Origin: Octopus bimaculoides
Taxonomy: Eukaryota
Direction of reading: 5' to 3'
DNA length: 43,934 nt
Assembly: GCF_001194135.2 (NCBI RefSeq)
Contig: NC_068983.1
Coordinates: 14,718,852 to 14,762,785, forward strand
The position numbers were made by a program, and so were the translations under genes. Shown here piece by piece: positions 24,135 to 35,586 of this stretch. How positions within the stretch are numbered: position 1 is the stretch's first letter; the number at the start of each line of letters is the position of its first letter. The notes under the pieces were generated by a model. The model saw only the letters and a list, made by a program, of their open reading frames with translations, searched no databases and was not told where the DNA came from.

Positions 24135-24400
24135 CATACGCACATACATATACATATATATTTATATATATGTATATATGTTCATATATATATAAATTTC
24201 AACTATACATATGTATACTTGTGTAAATTTATAGCTATTAAGATACATACGTATAATTATAAATACATACATAACTATAAGTTTATGTATATAGGTGTAC
24301 CTATATACTCTCTCTCTCACACACACACACATTCACAAATACATCGATGCGGGTATTTATGTAGGGATTTTTATATAAAATTTTAACCGTATATAAACAT
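23790..24400. repeat. Long degenerate (TA)/(CA)/(TG) low-complexity tract
   Basis: Directly visible. Confidence 0.9.
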
Positions 24401-24419
24401 ATATATACAGGATTGTTCT

Positions 24420-24451
24420 ACAATAACAACAAGAACAACAACTACACTACA

Positions 24452-24502
<51 letters not shown>

Positions 24503-24610
24503 GATGATGATGACAAAGATGAAGTTGATGCTGCTGCTGCTGCTACTACTTCCTCTGCTGCTGCTGTTGCTACTACCGTCATTGCAGCTCTTGGTAGTGA
24601 TGATGTCCAT
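24420..24610. repeat. Compound trinucleotide tract (CAA)-(ACT)n-(GAT)n-(GCT)n
   Basis: Directly visible. Confidence 0.9.
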
Positions 24611-25394
24611 GATGTAAAAAGAAATAAAACTTCGACGAGAGCCGGTTAATACTATGACTGAAAATGACTACGTCGTTAGTGGACCGTAAAGATAACTTCA
24701 TTACTTTATCAAAGATGGAGGTCAGTTATCNNNNNNNNNNNNNNNNNNNNNNNNNNNNNNNNNNNNNNNNNNNNNNNNNNNNNNNNNNNNNNNNNNNNNN
24801 NNNNNNNNNNNNNNNNNNNNNNNNNNNNNNNNNNNNNNNNNNNNNNNNNNNNNNNNNNNNNNNNNNNNNNNNNNNNNNNNNNNNNNNNNNNNNNNNNNNN
24901 NNNTATATATATATATATATATATATATATGAGCGTGTGTGTGTGTTGATATATATACACTCGTATATGTGTGTTGGTGTATATGTATATGTATATGTAG
25001 ATATATATATGTATAGACACACATATACATACATATATAAGACCTCGTAGACATTGATAAAAAATGTAGCTAACAATATCATCAGGTAAATAATTATCTG
25101 CGGGCATTCTAAGTAATTTCCATTGTATGTAATTATATCGACAGTCTTTGGTGCTTATATAAATATATGCACTTATGCATATATGCATACCAGAATTTGC
25201 ATGAATCTATGTTGGTGTACGTCTATACTTGTGCTGTGATGTTTGGCGGTGGCGGTGTTGGGTCTGTGGAGGTGAGGGTTCTTATCTCCAAGGTTGCTCA
25301 TCTGTGACTATGTAATTTCCTTAATCGTAACTTATAAGTGTTTTGATTTTCGTGCATACGTGTACATAAATGTATGTACCTATACATACATATA

Positions 25395-25430
<36 letters not shown>

Positions 25431-25624
25431 TATATAACATAAATATCGGTAGACCAGGAGTTCCGAACTTTCATTCTACCTAATCGAATTCTTGCGATAA
25501 ACAATACCAACAATAGCAANNNNNNNNNNNNNNNNNNNNNNNNNNNNNNNNNNNNNNNNNNNNNNNNNNNNNNNNNNNNNNNNNNNNNNNNNNNNNNNNN
25601 NNNNNNNNNNNNNNNNNNNNNNNN

Positions 25625-25666
<42 letters not shown>

Positions 25667-25880
25667 ATGTGTTTATGTGTGTGTGTGTGTGTGTGTGTGA
25701 GTGTGAGTTTACATACGATTGTAATAATGTGTACATAGATACATATATGCATCTATGTATGTATGTATGTATGCATGTTTGTATGTCAGTATGTATAAAT
25801 GTATAAATACAAGGAGGGATTGAGATAAATAAGACGACATAGATAGAAGGACAGATTTATAGATAGATAGATAGATAGAC

Positions 25881-25925
<45 letters not shown>

Positions 25926-25948
25926 CATAGACAGATAGATAGATAAAC

Positions 25949-26029
<81 letters not shown>

Positions 26030-26030
26030 G
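25625..26030. repeat. (TA)n/(TG)n then (GATA)n satellite tract
   Basis: Directly visible. Confidence 0.95.
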
Positions 26031-27126
26031 TGTACTTAATGCAGTTCCGTGTTAGAAGTCTGTTGAAACTGATAAATGTTTATTCATACGTCAGGTAAAC
26101 AAGATTACACACCATCCGGAGTACGGTTTTGTTAAATCAGCGATTTGGTCGACTGTGCATATCAGCGGATTGAGAAGAAATGACTAATGATGGTTCACAA
26201 TGCGTTCGTTGTGCTTTCAAGTAATCACAGGGTCTTTGATATCAATTCCTATTCATCATGCATCAAAAGAGTATGTTTTGAAGTTAAGAAGAAAGAATTT
26301 AAGCATTTGTCCGCAGCTCATAATAAGTAATTTTCTTTTGTTTACGATTCATGTAGCGTAGCGAATGTTATGAAGTTTCTCTTTAAGACACAATGTTACG
26401 ATTTATTCCTAACTGCTGATGCACTCTCTGTTACTGGTTATAGAAATGCGATGTTTTCTCCTTTATCTCTTAATTTTCAAATACATTTCGATTGTTCTGT
26501 GATGTTCCAGTCACTGGTGACAGAACGGGCAGTGTTTGATTGAGTATTCGATGGCTTCTCTATAGATTCGTCATGTGTTATTAGCAGAGATATGAATATT
26601 GTAAAAGTGCCTAGAAGAAGAAGTCACGGTTTGAAGTATTCATATCTCTCGTTAAGATGTCAAATCGTTATTTTACAACATATGCAAGCTGGTTATTTTC
26701 TCTCTTTGATTGTTTACAATAATCAAGCTTTATGATTCTTAATGATATTGGGTATATGTTGCATGCAACTGCAGCTTATTGTACGTTGTGTTTGTTGAAA
26801 AGCTGATAATGATCGTGTCCATTCTGTAAATATTCTCTGAATAGAGAGCAAAAATATTTTATAAAATGTGTTTTTATCATGAATATCCTATGGTAAATAT
26901 TTGCAAAATAAGCAGTTGGTAGCTGTTATCGGTGAATATCATGATTCTGGTTATAAATTTCTTCAGGATATCTTTCATTACTATACATACTAAGCACTAC
27001 CAACAAACGAACCTCTAAATATTCATTACATCTTATAGAAACAGCGGACAAATATTTGTATATATTTATTCATACACACAAACACACGACACATGCAAAC
27101 ACTCACACACATATACATAACATATT

Positions 27127-27352
27127 GGTTTCAAATTTTGGCACAAAGACAGCAATTTAGGGTGGAGGGGCAGATGAGAGGTAAACCGTTTAAAGCGACC
27201 AAGTGTTCAACTTGTACCTGTTTTATCAACTCCGAAAGGGTGAAAGACAAAGTAGAGCTCGGCTCAATTTCAACTCAGAAAGTATTTGGCTGACGTAATG
27301 CCGCTAAGCATTTTGTCCGGCGTGCTAACGCTTCTGCCAGCTCAGTGCCATG
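27127..27352 (-). mobile_element. SINE family B with 'gtgccaaaatttgaaacc' tail
   Basis: Family B head and core in reverse. Flanked by catatacataacatatt (27110-27126) and catatgcataaaatatt (27353-27369). Confidence 0.85.
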
Positions 27353-27369
27353 CATATGCATAAAATATT

Positions 27370-27799
27370 CTTTTCTACTCTAGGCACTAGGCCCGAAATT
27401 TTTGGGGAGGGTGCCAGTCGAATAGATCGACCGCAGTACGCAACTGGTACTTAATCTATCAAAGCCGAAAGGATGACAGCAAAGTCAACCTCGGTGGAAT
27501 TTGAACTCAGAACGTTAAGACAGACAAAATACCGCTAAGCATTTCGCCCGACGTGCTAATGTTTCTTATTTCTTTACTGTCCACAAGGGGGTACACACAC
27601 AGGGGACAAACAAGAACAGACAAACGGATTAAGTCGATTACATCGATTCCAGTGCGCAACTGAGATTTATTTAATCGACCCCAAATGGATGAAAGGCAAA
27701 GTCGACCTCGGCGGAATTTGAACTCAGAACGTAAGGACAGACAAAATACCACTAAGCATTTCACCCGACGTGCAAACGTTTCTGCCAGCTCGCCGCCTT
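27370..27799 (-). mobile_element. Two family-B SINE units (about 27566-27799 full length, about 27370-27565 headless) inside one TSD
   Basis: Exact 16-bp repeat atatgcataaaatatt at 27354-27369 and 27800-27815. The two units have different 3' tails. Confidence 0.9.
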
Positions 27800-28439
27800 A
27801 TATGCATAAAATATTAATGATATTGGAATTAAATTGAAAGATACTTTGTTTTTCCTATTGTTTATGTATGATTAAAATCATCCACATAACATACCTTTAT
27901 TAATAACTAATTGCCAGGAAGCATAATTTTGACAGTTGGAATGAGCTGTCACTCATTAAACATACGACAGACCGTGGTACCCGCCATCTCAGCTTATTAA
28001 TATTTATGTTATGCACAAGACACTATACGTGTAGAATTTACGCGTTAAATATTTATCTGTTACACAGTTAAAACTTCCGTTGAACCATGAAGACTTTTAC
28101 GCTTCTCCACCGATGACAATATTATGTCATGGCTTCATTCGTTAATCCTACTAATCATATTTGCTTAGTGTCCGCCGAAAATTTCGGATTTTCCTTCAAT
28201 GTGTAAAATGAGATGTAAATTTATATACTCCTAATTTAGGTAAAAACTAGTGAGAATAGGCATCTACTTACCGTTTGGAGGACGCAATGACAAATACGAC
28301 AGTCAACACAAAATCATGAAACACTATAGGCACACATGAATGGCGCAGTAAATTACTCTCTTGTGTAGCAATTGTCGAATCTATAATTTTCAATACTTGA
28401 ATTTTTCAGCTGTAATTTGTATCGCGTTGTTTTCTCCTG

Positions 28440-28720
28440 ACACAAATTTTCTTGTCTATTTTTGCAATGTGGGCTCTATATTTATCACTTGCAATTAAAT
28501 GCTTTGTGCTTTCTTTGTATTTTCAATTTTGTCATTCGACTTCCTTATTTTTCGAGAGTTTCCTCGGCTTCTTTGTTTCTTTTATTTTGCTTTCTTTCAT
28601 TTTCATATTCGTTCTCTCCCGAGTTTGGCTTCTATTTTTGCTGGTGTTTCCTCTTGCCGTTGTACTGCACTTCTCACCTATTGACATCAACAACTGATTT
28701 TTTTTCTCGTGATAATATTC
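28440..28720 (-). mobile_element. Possible Helitron N-terminal relic
   Basis: Minus frames give QRQEETPAKIEAKLGRER, NKEAEETLEK*GSRM, then AFN and HIAKIDKKIC. This resembles Helitron charged 'ETxExRxxRL' repeats followed by 'AF.Y...IGKMDKIC'. Heavily decayed. Confidence 0.3.
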
Positions 28721-29217
28721 ATTTTTCTCTCTACAGTTAGATGTCAAACAGCCCCTGAATTCTGGGAGAAATGTCTCTTTCTATCTGACGAAATGTTTAA
28801 TATTGTACGTTTAAAACGCTGAGTTGCTGTTCTCCTAAATTTAACTAGACTTACTCCATGCACTACTTTCGCCTTCTTTCATCGATATGTTTTATGTAAT
28901 TTAGATATGTAACTTTCAAGATAGGCATAATATTTTTTCTATTTGAAAATTTGGTTATGAAACACGTGTAGTCGTTTTATTATCGTTATCTTATGATATT
29001 TACTTTGTATTATATTATACTTATTTATTGGGCTTTTACTTATTAATTTTTCCATATGTGACAGTGATTTTCATCGATGAGTTCATGAATCTTGGTTTTT
29101 TTCCCTAAAACTATATATTTATATTTTATACCGTGAAACTTAATTTAGTTTTAATTTTTAATAAATTCAATTTAATTGAGTTTTCACCTATAAATCTGCA
29201 TTTTTATCCCTAATAAC

Positions 29218-29248
<31 letters not shown>

Positions 29249-29262
29249 GACGTCTACAAAAC

Positions 29263-29926
29263 AGCCGGCTAACAAATTTACCTGTTTATGTATGAACTGT
29301 GTGTATTGGGGTACCACTACCTTCTACGTATGTGTCGTGTGTAGTACTGGGGATGTTTCATTTATGAGGATGTACTCGTGTATTTGTCTCAGAACTAGCC
29401 CGAAGATTTAGGAAAGCACTGAAGGAGGCGAGACACAACATTAAGATCGTTGAAAAGCCAGGGAGCTCCATCAGATCACAATTATGTAGGACGTACCTCT
29501 TTGAAAATACCACATGCACCAGTGAGAAATTCATGATATGTAAGATAAAATGTAGAACTAGAAATGTAGTCTACACTATGTGGTGCATCGAGTGTGCTTG
29601 TAAAGAGAAGAGCATGATATACAATAGCCACACATCTAAAAGCATTGTGGAGAGGCTAAATGTACATTTCAGACAATATGACGGGAAAAACAACAGTCCT
29701 CCACACTCTACCAAATATGCCAAAGATCAACATCGAGGCACGCTGGTTCGACTTGACATCCGCATTTTATCTTGGCATCGGAAGTTTCCAACACTCAGAC
29801 AAATACATGAGTACGTCCTCCTAAATAAAACATCCCCAGGACTAAATAGGAGATATGCGTAGAAGGTAGTGATACTCCAATAACCACAGTTTATACAAGC
29901 ACAGGTAGATTTGTGACTAGCCTGCT
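29263..29926 (+). mobile_element. Penelope-like element fragment: GIY-YIG endonuclease region with an inverted copy of its 3' end at the 5' side (Neptune/Naiad-like)
   Basis: Open frame 29389-29862: SELARRFRKAL...KIVEKPGSSIRSQL...C...IC...CRTRNVVYTMWCIEC...IYNSHTSKSIVERLNVH...H...RQIHEYVLL....LN*. 29263-29389 is the reverse complement of 29797-29926 at about 83% identity by hand count. Confidence 0.85.
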
Positions 29927-30382
29927 ATATATANNNNNNNNNNNNNNNNNNNNNNNNNNNNNNNNNNNNNNNNNNNNNNNNNNNNNNNNNNNNNNNNNNN
30001 NNNNNNNNNNNNNNNNNNNNNNNNNNNNNNNNNNNNNNNNNNNNNNNNNNNNNNATATATATATATATATATAATATATATATAAACGTGGGTAAGTGGA
30101 TATGTAAGTAAACACATAGATATGTAGATAGATAGGTACGTAGGTAATACGGACAGAGAAGCACACGCCTTGACATACAAACATGCATACACAAAATAAA
30201 ACTGAAACACATGACGATATAGACACACGAACACTTCACACACACTCACGCACACAAGGACATATATGGAGATACACATCCATACATAACAGATGCACGT
30301 ACATAGCCACACTCTAATATGCACACACAAGGAGACCGAGGTACACATACAAATGCACACACAAACACAACCCCTGTATATA

Positions 30383-30927
30383 TAGTAGTAATAGTTATTC
30401 ATCGGTCTCGAGGGGACATGGATCTGCACCCAAAGAAATCGTTTCATCTGCTGGTGGTGTTGCAGCGCCAGGCCCACACGGGAGTAGCATTCACGCATAC
30501 AGCGACTGCATTTGGAGGAGCTTTCTGCCAGTGCTACTGATTTTTTCTTACGTTGCGTATGCTTTTCTTTGGTGCCGAGTCACCGTTCTTCTTCCACCGT
30601 CTTCATTCCCTTTCGCAGTATTTGCCTCTAGTGTGGACGATCATTTGCAACCACCACCATCTCAGGACGTCCTGATCAAACGACGCCATATTCCTCTTAC
30701 AGACATCTTTGAAACGAAGATGAATTGGTCCTTGTGCCGGTAGCCAATTCTCCATACGGGATATCTTTTAGGATCCTTCTGTCTAGCATGCGATGAATAT
30801 GACCAAGCCTTTGCCAGAAGTGTATACTGGCTATTTTAAGATGCGTCTCAAACTAAGAAGGTGAAAGACGTTGAGATGCCGCTCCGGTCTAGAGTAGAGA
30901 CACTACGTCTCTCTGCCGTAAAGTACC
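30383..30927 (-). mobile_element. RTE-clade LINE 3' fragment
   Basis: Minus translation gives VLYG.E, PERHLNVFHL.SLRRIL, GHIHRM.DRRILKDIPYGELATGTR, LRFKDVCKRNM, NDR, KCSRCMRECYSRVGL. The 3' end 'gatccatgtcccctcgagaccgatgaa' is followed by a short tac/tat tail. Confidence 0.9.
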
Positions 30928-31052
30928 GTCCTAGGGACAGGCATTATAGACAGCAATTCTGATGTTTGCAGCCATTTTTTTTTGTTTTCCTAGACTCACT
31001 TTGTGAGTCTGGCAAATATCATTTATATTAAATATATAAATACAGACTTCAC

Positions 31053-31114
<62 letters not shown>

Positions 31115-31439
31115 CTATATATACTCACACACAAACACATATATGTTTAAGTATGTAGTAGTATATACACAGTGACCTAGTTACGTTTACTGATTGATCC
31201 ACCAAAAAAAACAACAAAATAAAACAGAAGAATCAAATAACGAAAAAAATTCCTATTTCCAAAAATGTTATTCCTGGGAGAGAAGAATTAGAACGAAAAT
31301 GAACAAAACGAAAGAATATTTTCCATAGAGAAAATCTCCTGCTGATATACAAGATTTTAAGATTTGTTTCATATACGACGACATATTCATGGTTAGACAA
31401 ACAGCTCACGGTTCAATAAAACAACAAATACCACAATAT

Positions 31440-31481
31440 GAGGACGATGACTATAGTAGTAGCAGCAGTAGTAGTAGTAGC

Positions 31482-31548
<67 letters not shown>

Positions 31549-31590
31549 TTCGTGGCGGTGGTGGCGGCAGTAGTAGTTGTCGCAATGATG
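31440..31590. repeat. (AGT)n/(AGC)n/(GGT)n compound trinucleotide tract
   Basis: Directly visible. Confidence 0.95.
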
Positions 31591-32277
31591 ATTGTTTTGA
31601 TGACTCTACTGGAAAGAATTTTTATTTACTTAAGGTAAAAAAAAAAAAAAAATTCTTGCATTTTTGCAAAGAATTTAATCTAACAATAGAACTTCATTAA
31701 GAATGTTTCGATAGCTTCAGCAAAAGAATTCAAGTATGCTTATAAGCATATGTGTACATATATAGATTTATATACATACACAAACAAACACACATATATA
31801 CGTACATATATTTTACACTTACACANNNNNNNNNNNNNNNNNNNNNNNNNNNNNNNNNNNNNNNNNNNNNNNNNNNNNNNNNNNNNNNNNNNNNNNNNNN
31901 NNNNNNNNNNNNNNNNNNNNNNNNNNNNNNNNNNNNNNNNNNNNNNNNNNNNNNNNNNNNNNNNNNNNNNNNNNNNNNNNNNNNNNNNNNNNNNNNNNNN
32001 NNNNNNNNNNNNNNNNNNNNNNNNNNNNNNNNNNNNNNNNNNNNNNNNNNNNNNNNNNNNNNNNNNNNNNNNNNNNNNNNNNNNNNNNNNNNNNNNNNNN
32101 NNNNNNNNNNNNNNNNNNNNNNNNNNNNNNNNNNNNNNNNNNNNNNNNNNNNNNNNNNNNNNNNNNNNNNNNNNNNNNNNNNNNNNNNNNNNNNNNNNNN
32201 NNNNNNNNNNNNNNNNNNNNNNNNNNNNNNNNNNNNNNNNNNNNNNNNNNNNNNNNNNNNNNNNNNNNNNNNNNNNN

Positions 32278-32324
<47 letters not shown>

Positions 32325-32402
32325 ATATATATATGCATACATATATATGTGTGTGTATGTATGTAGATGTATATATATAATGTAGTTATATATATATATA
32401 TG

Positions 32403-32440
<38 letters not shown>

Positions 32441-32459
32441 CGTATGTATGCATACATAC

Positions 32460-32506
<47 letters not shown>

Positions 32507-33448
32507 TGTGTGTGCGTGTATGTGTGTATAACTTGTGCGCCAGCCTTTTCACATCTGCCTGCTTACATTAGCTAAAATGTTCATGACAAAGTGAGCAATT
32601 AACAATAGCTCTCGATGTGTAAGATCTTTTGCAAATATTTCACTTTACACAAACACAATACACTATATTTAAAAAGAAACAATCAGAAAATCGCGCGTAG
32701 AAAACTATGGCGAAAACATAAAAATCTATATCGGGTTTTGTTCCGAAACACGAAATAATACTTGTTTTAGCACAATACAGACTCAGAACTCGTGATTTTG
32801 TCGTGTTTCTGTTTAGCGGTCGGGAGTATAAATTCTTTAAGCGAAATATACTAAAGTGTTATAAAGGATTTACTATTTTAAAATAATGATATTTCGACAT
32901 TTTAGCTTAACATTTCATTTTAAATAATTGTTTTATACATTAATTGTATGAATAAGGGGCCTTCTTCGAGGTCGTTTGATCTACTGGAACTAACCAACAA
33001 AATCACTCTCAAATAACAGTATGTCACGTGTTTCTTTCTTTTTCTTTTTTTTTTTTTTNNNNNNNNNNNNNNNNNNNNNNNNNNNNNNNNNNNNNNNNNN
33101 NNNNNNNNNNNNNNNNNNNNNNNNNNNNNNNNNNNNNNNNNNNNNNNNNNNNNNNNNNNNNNNNNNNNNNNNNNNNNNNNNNNNNNNNNNNNNNNNNNNN
33201 NNNNNNNNNNNNNNNNNNNNNNNNNNNNNNNNNNNNNNNNNNNNNNNNNNNNNNNNNNNNNNNNNNNNNNNNNNNNNNNNNNNNNNNNNNNNNNNNNNNN
33301 NNNNNNNNNNNNNNNNNNNNNNNNNNNNNNNNNNNNNNNNNNNNNNNNNNNNNNNNNNNNNNNNNNNNNNNNNNNNNNNNNNNNNNNNNNNNNNNNNNNN
33401 NNNNNNNNNNNNNNNNNNNNNNNNNNNNNNNNNNNNNNNNNNNNNNNN

Positions 33449-34653
33449 ACACCCTTAATTTTCAAAATTACTGATCTAAGCATCTTAATACGTTTTCAGC
33501 GGTGTAGAATTTACAATGTAATTATACTTTTTCATTCCAGGTGCCATTATATTAAACATTTGCCAAGAGTCACCATGCAACGCACAAAAAAGATTTTCAG
33601 AGAAGTCATATTGTTGGGCAATTTGCGGCTGGTCTTATCCAGCGAAAAATTGCCGAAAATCTTCAAATTCTTCTTGCTGCTATTAATAGAATTATAGTGC
33701 CATTCAGAAGCCAAAGAAAAGGATCAACAGATTCTCACCCCGGCCGATCTGGGTCCTCGGAAAAGAAGCTTCTCTATTTGAAGAGAATTGTGGAAAACGA
33801 ATCCCGTTCGAAGGCTTCTGACGTTGCAAATCAGCTACAAGTTACTCCCAGAACGTCTGTTACATATCTGCATAAGCTTGGGTATTATGGATGAGCAGCT
33901 AGAAGAAAACCTGTCTAACCAATTAGTATCATGAAAAGAAAGAAATGGGCTAAGGAGATGTCAGAAAAATCCAGTTTATTTTGCGATAGAGTGATTTTAT
34001 CAGATGAATCCAGATTTGCATTATTTTCAGACAGTGGACGTGTTTAGGTCTGGAGGCTTCCCAATCAAGAATTTGATTTGAATCGACACCAGTCAACTGT
34101 GAAACATGGCAGTATCTCTGTAATGGTATGGGGAGCTTTCACCAGCAATGGTCTTTCTTAGCTGATCGAATGTGTTGGAACCATAAACTCTGAAAAATAC
34201 ATCGAAATACTTAAGCAAGGGCTACTTCCGATGTATTCACATAACAACGAAAAATAAGTTTTTATTCATGGGAGATGGGGCTCCATTCCGCAAAGAGAAA
34301 AAGAATCAACAATGGCTGACTGAAAATGGGATCAACAAGCTTCCTTGTCCGAGTCAATCTCCTGACATGAACCGAATTGAAAATATTTGGAGCATACTAG
34401 ATAAAGCTATACGAAAACCTCGACACAAACGTAAAACCTAAAGATGAATTGTTTCGATTGTTGCGTAAAAAGTGAGCAGAAATTCCACAAGAGACAATCA
34501 CAAAGCACATCAGTTCAATGCCAAACAGAGTTTCTGAATTAAAAACTGCAAAGGAAATGTCAACTAAATGCTAAAGTATGTAGTCCCACCTATCGATTAC
34601 ATTTCAATTGTTCGCTTTGCATATTAAGTAAAAGATTTTGAAAATTAAAGGTG
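33449..34653 (+). mobile_element. Tc1 (DD34E) transposon, near full length, pseudogenised transposase at 33575-34574
   Basis: Inner TIR parts 'cacccttaattttcaaaat' (left) and 'attttgaaaattaaaggtg' (right) abut N-gaps. Motifs: AARRKP, VILSDESRF (D 34003), [22 protein letters not shown] (D 34274), PSQSPDMNRIENIW (E 34379, 34 residues after the second D), SMPNRV. Several stops and frameshifts. Confidence 0.95.
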
Positions 34654-34780
34654 NNNNNNNNNNNNNNNNNNNNNNNNNNNNNNNNNNNNNNNNNNNNNNN
34701 NNNNNNNNNNNNNNNNNNNNNNNNNNNNNNNNNNNNNNNNNNNNNNNNNNNNNNNNNNNNNNNNNNNNNNNNNNNNNNNN

Positions 34781-34814
<34 letters not shown>

Positions 34815-35024
34815 CAACTATGCAAACAATATTGACCTTTCTTTGTAATCACTGTTATAAATAGTAATAAAGTAGTTTTTGTGGGATTGATACATCTACC
34901 TAAAATAGCAGTCTAATTTACCTTTAATCACAGTCTACCGTTTTAAAAAGAGAAGTGCCCGTGGATCTTCCTTCCCTATGCGCCTATATTTCAATAAATA
35001 ACTTTTGTATCTTGTTCCGGTCCG

Positions 35025-35120
35025 AGGCTGCTGGGAGCTTTACAGAAGATAATCCTCAAGCCATAGACACAGCCCAAATGCTTGCAACCAAACGAATTTT
35101 GGTAGACGACAAAGAATCAG
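35025..35120 (+). mobile_element. Very degenerate SINE family A 5' fragment
   Basis: '...cccaaatgcttgcaaccaaacgaattttggtagacgacaaag' resembles my recollection of the family A mid-head ('gatttggtagacggaaac'). Confidence 0.3.
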
Positions 35121-35434
35121 ACAATAGGCAACAGAAATACTCAGAACTCAATGAATTTGAACATTTACCTGTCAACACACTACACTGGAATACATGAGTT
35201 TATCATGTCAAAAAAGATGAAAAGCCAAACTTCTTCAACAAGATTTGCATTCAATACGAAGTAGGCTGGAACAAATACCGCAAGGTAATCTTATCCTTTC
35301 TACTGCCTAACGGCTATACAATTTCCGCATCACTAGGACTACCATAGCTGCTGATCAGAGTTGACCATCAGTTGAATGACGAATACACAGCTACCTAGTT
35401 CTTAGGTGTCCTTATCGAAGATCATACTAGTTAA

Positions 35435-35586
35435 AGAAGTGATTTTAAATTCTCAAATGCAGAATAATGCTAATAATATAGCCTGAACAGGATAAACGAC
35501 CCCTATTTTGCAGAAAAAAATGTTGGCGACCAGTTCAAGCTATATAATTAGCATCATCCTACGTTTGAGAATTTAAAATCACTTCT
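35435..35586. mobile_element. 152-bp fold-back MITE, TTAA-flanked, Kolobok-like
   Basis: Arms 35429-35491 and 35530-35592 match at 56/63 with the outer 29 bp perfect, around a 38-bp loop. The structure TTAA|AG...CT|TTAA fits Kolobok RR...YY termini and a TTAA TSD. Confidence 0.7.

Noticed and set aside
29533-29930. Selenocysteine-encoding Naiad element or hammerhead ribozyme
   Set aside because: No in-frame TGA at Cys positions and no hammerhead core visible in the sequenced part.
31389-31700. 103-aa poly-Ser/Gly ORF
   Set aside because: Built on an (AGT)n microsatellite and a poly-A run, with no splice or homology support.
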